Shown: positions 57,055-64,000 of the stretch, in pieces
Position numbering within the stretch: the stretch's first letter is position 1
Layout of the letters: every line of letters starts with the position of its first letter
Assembly (NCBI RefSeq): GCF_000737315.1
Contig: NZ_JMCB01000006.1
Span: 973,820-1,037,819, forward strand
Origin: Hyalangium minutum
GTDB lineage: Bacteria > Myxococcota > Myxococcia > Myxococcales > Myxococcaceae
Length of the DNA: 64,000 bases
Direction: 5' to 3'
The notes under the pieces: generated by a model
The model's input: only the letters and a program-made list of their open reading frames with translations
Database searches by the model: none
What the model was told of the DNA's origin: nothing
Position numbers and translations under genes: made by a program

Positions 57055-60000
57055 ATGCGCCGGCAAGCCTGGGGAGTCATCGGAGCAGCGGTGGTGGGGC
57101 TGGGGGTCGTGGTGTTCCTGGGCCTGCCTCAGGGCACGGACCCCGAGAGCACCCAGGTGAGCCAGCGTCCGGAGGGAGCGTCCGGGAAGCGGAAGCAGAA
57201 GGTCCACGCCACGCCCACGCCTCCGCCGAGCGGCACCTTGAGCATCCGGGGCCTTGTGAAGGTGGGCCAGGCCCCCGTGGCCGGAGTCCGCGTCTCTGCG
57301 ACACGGCCCATGCCGGGGGAGACGCTCTCGGAGCTGCCGTGCCCGGTGGACGAGAGCGATCCGGCGCCCAGCTCGCGCGGCAAGCGCCTCCCGGAGTGCA
57401 TGCGCGAGGCCCGCGCGCAGGTGCTGGAGCTGGTGCAAGGCCGCTACGGGGAGGCGCCCGTCTACGCGGAGACGGTGACGGGGGCGGATGGGAGCTTCGC
57501 CCTGGAAGGGCTGCCGGAGGGGGAGTTCACGCTCTGGGCGCTGGGCGAGCAGGGGGCGGAGCTGCGGCCCCAGGTGGCTGCGGGAGCGGAGGGGGTGGAG
57601 CTGGTGTTGGGCGAGGGGGTGACGGTGGAGGGCCGCGTGGTGGACGCGAGCGAGCACCCGCTGTCCGAGGTGCGGCTCACGGTGCTGCACGCGAAGTACA
57701 CCCGCTTCTTTGATGTGCGCACCAGCGCGGATGGGCGCTTCCAGGTGGGGCCGCTGCCGAAGGGCGAGTACGCCCTCGTGGCGGAGAAGGAGGAGTGGCT
57801 GCCGGAGTTCCTGCCGCCCTATCTCGTGAGGAGCCGGACGGCCGTGGTCCTCTACCAACCGGTTCGGCTTGCGGGGCTCGTGCTGTCGGAAGGGACGCCG
57901 GCGCCGGGGACGGAGGTGCGCCTGACCGCAGGCAGTGAGGCTGGCCAGGTCACCACGGCGGACGCGCAGGGGCGCTTTGTCTTCGAGGGCCTCAAGCCGC
58001 TCGGCTATGAGCTCACCGCGGAGCGCGCGGGCCGTTTTGCCAGGGCAGAGGTCCACCTGCGGACGATGGAGCTCTCCGCGGAAGAGGTGGTGCTGCGCCT
58101 GGGCGAGAGCCGCCATGTCGAGGGCACGGTGCGGGATGACGCGGGCAACCCCATTCCGGGAGCGCGCGTGGCGCTCTGGCGCAAGCGGGACTACGGGCAG
58201 AACTGGAAGGTCTTCACGGACGAGGAAGGCCACTACCGAGTCGGTCCGCTGCCGCTGAGCGACTATGTCTTCGACGTGACGGCGCCTCGGTACCGCCACG
58301 TGGAGAACGAGGTGCACGCCATCACCCGGGAGCCGGTGCCACTGGACTTCACCTTGCCGCGAGCCTTCTCCCTCGCTGGGACGCTCGTGGACGAGGAAGG
58401 GGTCCCGGTGGCCGAGGCCAGCCTTGAGCTGATCTCGGGCGATGGGGAGCAGCCGCAGGGCACCCAGAGCAACACCATGACAGAGGAGGATGGGCGCTTC
58501 GTGCTGGACGCGCCCGCGGCGGGTACCTGGACGCTCTCCACGGAGGACGAGCGCTTCCTCCCCGAGAAGAAGCAGGTGCAGGTTCCCTCGGAGAACCTCC
58601 GCTGGGTGCTGCGGCGGGGGGCTCGGATCGACGGGAGTGTCACCGACGCGGAGGGGACCCCCATGAGTGAGGTGGGCATCACGGTGTGGATGCCGGGAGA
58701 GGAGGGGGAGTGGAGCTACTCCCGGAGAGCCATGACGGACGCGCAGGGGCGCTTCTCGGTGAGCGGGATGGAAGCGGGGAGCTACCGGGTGGAGGCCTCG
58801 CTCACGGACGAGGGCGTGGAGCGCTCGGCCTCGCAGCCGGTGACGCTGCGGGACAACGGGCGCGCCGAAGTCGCTCTGCGCTTCGAGACCGGCTGGAGCC
58901 TCTCGGGTCTCGCGGTGGATGAAGCGGGACAGCCTGTGGCCGAGGCGACCATCAACGTGTACCAGCCCCCCAATGCCACCGCTGCGTGGCGGCGGAACCG
59001 ATTCAGGTGCGGCAACGATCGGCCTCGAATCGTCACGGGGAGGGACGGCCGCTTCACCCTCGAGCACCTCACGGGCGAGCAGTACGTGCTTTGGGCCTAC
59101 AAGGAGGGCTACATCTTTCTGGCTGCGAAGTCCGAGGGAGCCGCGGCCGTGGACGAGGACAGCATCCGGGTGCGCTCGGGCACGGAGCAGGTGCGGCTCG
59201 TGTTCCAGTCCCAGGCGCGGATTCGAGGGCGGCTCGTGGACCCGGACGGGGCACCCATTCCGCGCTTCGAGCTGAACATGCGCTTCATGAGCGACGCGCA
59301 AGGCGCCTTCACCACGCCCATCACGGAGACGGGCACCCAGCATCTCCTCTTCGGTGCGCCGGGGATGGCGCAGACCACCCGTGCGGTGAAGGTGCAGGAG
59401 GGGGTGGACGTGGACCTCGGCGAGGTGCGGATGGAGCCGGGTCGCCGGGTGCGAGGCGTGGTGGTGGATGCCGAGACCGGAGCGCCCCAGGCGGGGGCGG
59501 AGGTCCGGGTCTTGGGGCCGGCACGAGAGCAGGAGGAAGGCCTCGCGCGGCCGAGCCTCTTCATGAGGGCCCAGGACGATGGCACCTTCGAGTTCCCCCA
59601 CGTGGAGTCCGAGCCCTTGCAACTGGAGGTGAGCCACACGAACTACCGCATGGCGCGAGTCGCCCTGGGCGCGTCGGACGCCTCGGTGACGGTGCGGCTC
59701 GTGTCGGGGGCCACCGTGGTGGTGAGCGCGGTGGACTCCGCGGGGCGTCCACTGGATGCGGACGTGCGGTTCATCCTCGAGAGGGACGAGAGCTCTTGGG
59801 AGACCCTTGATGTGGTCGAGGGGGTGGGCCAACGGAGGGGCTTGGAGCCAGGCTCCTATTGGGTGCAGCTATCGACAGCGGCTGGCACGACAGAGGGCTT
59901 TGTGCCCCAGCGAGCGGAGATCCCCGAGCAGGGTCAGGTGAAGCTGGCCTTCGTGCAGCGGAAGGCGGGCCCCACGCTGGTCCTGCGTACGGAGGGCTTG

Positions 60001-60267
60001 GACGAAGGGGTCGAAGCCATCCTCCTGCCGGGAGCCTTCACCGTTCCGGTGTCGATGAAGACCGTCCCACTGTGGACGAGCATGGGGCTGTCCGGTGTGC
60101 AGGACGAGGGCGTGAGGAGGTTCACCGCGCTCTCACCGGGACGTGTCCGGCTCCTGCTGTTCGCGGGCCCGCCGGCCCGGTTCCACCTGGAGGAGCTGGA
60201 GCTCCCGGCCGAGGGAGTCGTGGAGCGAGGGGTGCAACCGCGCTGGCAGCCGATGCCGGAGAAGTAG
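57055..60267 (+). CDS. Membrane-anchored protein with carboxypeptidase-regulatory-like (prealbumin-fold) repeats
   Basis: N-terminal TM, then repeated G.V.D..G.P..GA.V...TD..G.F modules. Confidence 0.85.
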   Translation: MRRQAWGVIGAAVVGLGVVVFLGLPQGTDPESTQVSQRPEGASGKRKQKVHATPTPPPSGTLSIRGLVKVGQAPVAGVRVSATRPMPGETLSELPCPVDESDPAPSSRGKRLPECMREARAQVLELVQGRYGEAPVYAETVTGADGSFALEGLPEGEFTLWALGEQGAELRPQVAAGAEGVELVLGEGVTVEGRVVDASEHPLSEVRLTVLHAKYTRFFDVRTSADGRFQVGPLPKGEYALVAEKEEWLPEFLPPYLVRSRTAVVLYQPVRLAGLVLSEGTPAPGTEVRLTAGSEAGQVTTADAQGRFVFEGLKPLGYELTAERAGRFARAEVHLRTMELSAEEVVLRLGESRHVEGTVRDDAGNPIPGARVALWRKRDYGQNWKVFTDEEGHYRVGPLPLSDYVFDVTAPRYRHVENEVHAITREPVPLDFTLPRAFSLAGTLVDEEGVPVAEASLELISGDGEQPQGTQSNTMTEEDGRFVLDAPAAGTWTLSTEDERFLPEKKQVQVPSENLRWVLRRGARIDGSVTDAEGTPMSEVGITVWMPGEEGEWSYSRRAMTDAQGRFSVSGMEAGSYRVEASLTDEGVERSASQPVTLRDNGRAEVALRFETGWSLSGLAVDEAGQPVAEATINVYQPPNATAAWRRNRFRCGNDRPRIVTGRDGRFTLEHLTGEQYVLWAYKEGYIFLAAKSEGAAAVDEDSIRVRSGTEQVRLVFQSQARIRGRLVDPDGAPIPRFELNMRFMSDAQGAFTTPITETGTQHLLFGAPGMAQTTRAVKVQEGVDVDLGEVRMEPGRRVRGVVVDAETGAPQAGAEVRVLGPAREQEEGLARPSLFMRAQDDGTFEFPHVESEPLQLEVSHTNYRMARVALGASDASVTVRLVSGATVVVSAVDSAGRPLDADVRFILERDESSWETLDVVEGVGQRRGLEPGSYWVQLSTAAGTTEGFVPQRAEIPEQGQVKLAFVQRKAGPTLVLRTEGLDEGVEAILLPGAFTVPVSMKTVPLWTSMGLSGVQDEGVRRFTALSPGRVRLLLFAGPPARFHLEELELPAEGVVERGVQPRWQPMPEK

Positions 60268-60276
60268 GCGCGCCGC

Positions 60277-60918
60277 TCAGGTCTTCTGGAGCACGGCGAG
60301 CGCGTCCAGGAGGGCCTGGGTGTAGTCGGTGAACCCATCGGGCGGCCGGGCTCCGGGGCGGACGACAGCGCCTTTGTTGTTGAGCACGCCGAAGCGGGAG
60401 CCGGAGGTCTCGAAGTACGCGCTGCGGTACGCGTCCTGGATCATCTGTCCCTGCTGCTCGGGGTTCATCTTCGCCCACGGCTTGCCTTCGCGGAGCGCCT
60501 TGGCGAAGTCATAGCCATCACCGAAGAACTGGGCCTTGACGGCGCTGGGCACGTAGCCCCAGCCGCCGTGCTGGTACTGCCACACATGGACGAGCTCGTG
60601 GATGATGACGGAGGTGTACTGGTGCGGGTAGGCGTGGGCCTTGCCGGGCAGGTTGATGGTGTTGCCCAGGGTGTAGGCGCGGCTGCCGTTGAGGAGCTCG
60701 GTGAAGGAGCCCATCTTCTCGACGCTGACGGCCTCGTACTTGAGGCCGGCGCCGAACACCTTGCGAGAGGCCACGAGCTCGGCTTCGCTGAGCTTGCGCT
60801 TGTCGGGGATCTTCTGGGCAGAGCTCGTGGCGGCGCTCACCAGGTGAAGGTAAGAGGAGGCGGGAGAGGCTCCTTCGGGTGGAGGGACTTGCGATTCGGG
60901 TTCGATCTTGGCGCCCAT
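60277..60918 (-). CDS. DUF4157-like (HExxH) protein
   Basis: RAYTLGNTI, IIHELVHVWQY, NPEQQG. Confidence 0.8.
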   Translation of the reverse strand: MGAKIEPESQVPPPEGASPASSYLHLVSAATSSAQKIPDKRKLSEAELVASRKVFGAGLKYEAVSVEKMGSFTELLNGSRAYTLGNTINLPGKAHAYPHQYTSVIIHELVHVWQYQHGGWGYVPSAVKAQFFGDGYDFAKALREGKPWAKMNPEQQGQMIQDAYRSAYFETSGSRFGVLNNKGAVVRPGARPPDGFTDYTQALLDALAVLQKT

Positions 60919-61099
60919 GCCCCAGACTCCTCGCGCGGGTTGGAGGGGAAGCGTACCGCATCGGGCTGAGCGCCCGCCTCCTCAGGTCGGGAGGGAGTTC
61001 CGGGAGCGGACATCCGGGTCGCCTGGCCGCCGGGCATGGAGGAAGGGGGAGAGGGACTCCCGAGCGATTGACTACGATGGGCCGCAACGGAGGCAGGGC

Positions 61100-61528
61100 A
61101 TGAGCACGGGAGAGCTGTCGGACGAGGAGTTCCTGGCGGCGGTGGCGGTGGCGAAGTTCCCGGGGGGGAAGTTTGACCATCGGGGGCACCTGCGCATGGC
61201 GTGGATTTGCCTGCGAGGCCAGGAGTTCGACGCGGGGCTGGAGCGCATCCGCGTGACGGTGCGGGGCTTCGCCACGGTGCTGGGAGTGGTGGAGAAGTAC
61301 CACGAGACCGTGACGCGGGCCTGGGCCGAGCGCATTCAAGCGGCGATAGAGCAGACGCCGGAACTCGGTACGTTCGACGCGTTCCTCGGGGCGCACCCGG
61401 AGCTGCTGAACCCGGGGCTCTTGGCGCAGCACTACCGGAAGGAGACGCTGGAGTCGCCGGGGGCGAAGGCAGGCTGGGTGGCGCCGGACTTGGAGCCGCT
61501 GCCCCGGCGCAAGCAGGCGCGGGAGTGA
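61100..61528 (+). CDS. Conserved hypothetical protein
   Basis: FDHRGHLRMAW...YHETVTRAW...HPEL...HY pattern, with GGAGG RBS. Confidence 0.75.
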   Translation: MSTGELSDEEFLAAVAVAKFPGGKFDHRGHLRMAWICLRGQEFDAGLERIRVTVRGFATVLGVVEKYHETVTRAWAERIQAAIEQTPELGTFDAFLGAHPELLNPGLLAQHYRKETLESPGAKAGWVAPDLEPLPRRKQARE

Positions 61529-61529
61529 C

Positions 61530-62015
61530 TCAGGGGGAGCCGGAGACGCCGCGCTCTTTCATCCACTGCTCGAGGCTGGCGCGAGCCTTGGCCTGGACCT
61601 TCTTCTGAAGGAAGGGGGTCCACCCGAGCAACAGGCCTGGGAGGCCGAGGGCCTGCTTGGACCAGCGGTGGAAGTGGAAGCGGTCGCGGTGGCGGAGAAT
61701 CTTGCCGTCGCGGAACTCGAACTCGGCGTCGATGATGTTGTGAACCTTCCGGCCGGAGCCAGAGAAGGTGTAGTGGGCCTCCCAGTGGGCGCGGCCGGTG
61801 CGGTCATCGGCCTGGATGTTGTTGAACTCGAGGGTGAGGTCCTTGCCGCGCTCGCAGAGCATGCGCCACATGGAGGTGACGCCGGCATGGTGGAGGCCGA
61901 CGAAGGCCGCGTCGGAGAACTCGGCGTCCGGGTGGTAGCAGGCGGCCATGGTGTCCGCGTCCTTGCGTTGGAAGGCGGAGTAGAAGGTGTTCAGGAGCTG
62001 GGCATTGGGGTGCAT
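61530..62015 (-). CDS. NTF2/SnoaL-like protein
   Basis: FYSAF..D...MAACYHPDAEFSD..F, MWRML, F.F.DGKI..HRD.F. Confidence 0.85.
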   Translation of the reverse strand: MHPNAQLLNTFYSAFQRKDADTMAACYHPDAEFSDAAFVGLHHAGVTSMWRMLCERGKDLTLEFNNIQADDRTGRAHWEAHYTFSGSGRKVHNIIDAEFEFRDGKILRHRDRFHFHRWSKQALGLPGLLLGWTPFLQKKVQAKARASLEQWMKERGVSGSP

Positions 62016-62108
62016 GGAGGGGGAGTGTTAGCAGACTCCCAGCTGCCTTCGAACGAGGGATGTGCGGTTGTGCTCAGCACGGAGGCGCAAGCGTGGCAGA
62101 GTGGGGGC

Positions 62109-62615
62109 ATGGCGCGAGACATCGTCATCTGGCCGCACAAGGTGCTCACTTCTGCGACGAAGCCGGTCACGGACTTCGGCCCAGCGCTCGAGAAGCTGCT
62201 GGAGGAAATGGCCGAGTCCATGAAGGAGGCGAAGGGCATCGGCATTGCGGCGAATCAAGTGGGAGAAGCGCTCCGGATGGCCTGGGTGGGCCGGGAGGAC
62301 GGGACGTTCTTCGAGATCATCAACCCGGAGGTGCTGGAGCGGTCGGGGAAGGTGACATGGGAAGAGGGGTGCCTGTCGGTGCCGGACGAGTGGCACAAGG
62401 TGGAGCGCTACGAGAAGGTGAAGGTGCGCTACCAGGACAAGACGGGGCAGTGGCACGAGGTGGCGGCGGAAGGGAAGCTGGCGCACGTGTTCCAGCACGA
62501 GATTGACCACCTGGACGGGCACGTGTTCGTGGACCACCTCTCGAGCCTGAAGCGCACGCTCATCCAGGAGCGGATGAAGAAGCTTCAGAAGATGCTGAAG
62601 CGCAAGAAGGACTGA
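62109..62615 (+). CDS. def: Peptide deformylase
   Basis: GIGIAANQVG, EGCLSVP, QHEIDHLDG. Confidence 0.97.
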   Translation: MARDIVIWPHKVLTSATKPVTDFGPALEKLLEEMAESMKEAKGIGIAANQVGEALRMAWVGREDGTFFEIINPEVLERSGKVTWEEGCLSVPDEWHKVERYEKVKVRYQDKTGQWHEVAAEGKLAHVFQHEIDHLDGHVFVDHLSSLKRTLIQERMKKLQKMLKRKKD

Positions 62616-62720
62616 GCGCGGGAAGGCGGCCTTCGGAGGAGGACGCCGCAAGGCAGCGGGCGCTGGAGTGGCTTGCGGAGCGGCGGTGAGCCGGCGCGGG
62701 GTTGGCGCTACACTGTGAGC

Positions 62721-63425
62721 ATGAGCGCGTCGCCCCTTCCCGAGCACGTGGCGAAGTTCCGGGCCGAGTTCCGGCGAGCAGAGCCGGGGAGGCGCTACGT
62801 GGGCTGGGCGCACTTCGCGTTCACGAGCGTGGGCTCGCTGTGCGTGGTGGGGTTCGCTCTGAGTCGGCTCTCGGGAGTACGGCCAGTGGAGTGGCTGACG
62901 GTGCCCGCGAGCTTCTTGCTGGCGAACGTGGCGGAGTACTTGGGGCACCGAGGACCGATGCACCACCGGGCGAGGGGCCTGGGGCTGGTGTACCGGCGGC
63001 ACACGCAGCAGCACCACCACTTCTTCACGCACGAGGCGATGGCATACGAGTCCAGCCACGACTTCCGGATGGTGCTCTTCCCGCCGGTGCTGCTGCTGTT
63101 CTTCCTGGGGGGCATCGCGACACCCCTGGGAGCGATCTTCTTTGCGCTCGGCTCACCGAACGTGGGGTGGCTCTTCGTGGCGACGGCGATGGGCTACTTC
63201 CTGACCTACGAGTGGCTGCACTTCTGCTACCACCTTCCAACAGAGCATCCGCTGGGCCGCCTGCCGTTTCTGGCGGGGTTGAGGAGGCACCACCAGGTGC
63301 ACCACGACCTGAGGCGGATGGGGCACTTCAACTTCAACCTCACCTTCCCCCTCTGTGACTGGCTGTTCAGGACGGTGTGGAGGCGGAAGCCGGAGCAGCC
63401 GACCGGTTCCTTCCCTGAAGGGTAG
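62721..63425 (+). CDS. Fatty acid hydroxylase / sterol desaturase family protein
   Basis: His boxes EYLGHR..MHH, HTQQHHHFF, YEWLH, RRHHQVHH. Confidence 0.85.
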   Translation: MSASPLPEHVAKFRAEFRRAEPGRRYVGWAHFAFTSVGSLCVVGFALSRLSGVRPVEWLTVPASFLLANVAEYLGHRGPMHHRARGLGLVYRRHTQQHHHFFTHEAMAYESSHDFRMVLFPPVLLLFFLGGIATPLGAIFFALGSPNVGWLFVATAMGYFLTYEWLHFCYHLPTEHPLGRLPFLAGLRRHHQVHHDLRRMGHFNFNLTFPLCDWLFRTVWRRKPEQPTGSFPEG

Positions 63426-63552
63426 GCGGCCGCAGTGGGGCGAAAGCCGCGGGAAAAAATCCGGTGGAAGAGCTCGGAGGGCCCGGGGGGTTCTCACCTC
63501 TGGGAGCCCTGTGCACCATGGCAGGTCTGATCACCTGCTGATCACGAAGGAT

Positions 63553-63957
63553 TTGACGAGACGGGGGCGAAGCGGTACTCATCGTGACCCCTCGCCCGGC
63601 GCGCGCGGCACACCGGTGCCGAGTGCTTTGGCGGGGCGGAATCAAAGGTCAACGAAGTCGGTTGACACAGGACGCGGTGGTGGTAGAAGCCGCGCCCCCT
63701 CGACCGGGAAAGCCGTTCAACGGAACAGCTGGACCGGAGTTGAACCGAGGGAAATGACATCTTGAATAAGTCACCGGTAGCGGTTGACGGAGGACGCGGC
63801 GATGAAGTAAAAGCCGCGCCCCCGACGGACGAAAGAAGAGAAGCGGTTCACCGCTGAACAGAAATCGGCCGGAAATCAGGTGGCGGTAGACGGTGGTTGA
63901 AGAAAACACCGAAACCGGTTGACAGAGAAGGCGGCGGCGAAGTAAAAGCCGCGCCCC
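63553..63957 (+). promoter_or_regulatory. Four tandem sigma70-type promoters, probable rRNA operon leader
   Basis: TTGACG-17-TACTCA (63553), TTGACA-16-TAGAAG (63662), TTGACG-18-TAAAAG (63784), TTGACA-18-TAAAAG (63919). The last three are followed by the GC-rich discriminator CCGCGCCCC. The region is purine-rich and non-coding. Confidence 0.7.
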
Positions 63958-64000
63958 TCCTCGAAGCGAAAGAACGAAGCCACTGGGCGGGTTCAGAAGC

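Noticed and set aside
63553-64000. Regularly spaced repeats as a CRISPR array
   Set aside because: The repeats are degenerate promoter motifs with ~100-bp spacing, and no cas genes are present.

Overview
High-GC myxobacterial (Myxococcota, probably Cystobacterineae) chromosomal window; the taxon is inferred from gene families and composition. Ordinary genes include two-component systems, an MCP, a Ser/Thr kinase, SDR, M24 peptidase, SPFH, def and a fatty-acid hydroxylase. The window ends in a tandem sigma70 promoter array that probably precedes an rRNA operon outside the window. Several conflict/defence modules are interleaved with these genes. (1) An Rpn nuclease lies next to a 1601-aa pseudo-phosphoesterase/WD40/Roc-COR/Zn-ribbon/metallophosphoesterase protein. 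(2) A 1661-aa protein with a pore-forming-like beta-hairpin lies behind a Macro plus NDT/TIR-like fusion gene. (3) A lipoprotein HNH-toxin gene appears internally deleted and now reads in frame into its SMI1/KNR4 immunity gene. (4) Two inverted, diverged ~2.77-kb copies of a beta-barrel-anchored PD-(D/E)xK toxin plus immunity cassette enclose 7.6 kb. The right copy lies inside a transposase-less 3.27-kb segment bounded by a perfect 15-bp inverted repeat and an 8-bp direct repeat. (5) An anti-phage dCTP deaminase overlaps a 60-aa ORF. No tRNA, rRNA or CRISPR array was seen. All family calls come from motif recognition by eye; no searches were run.
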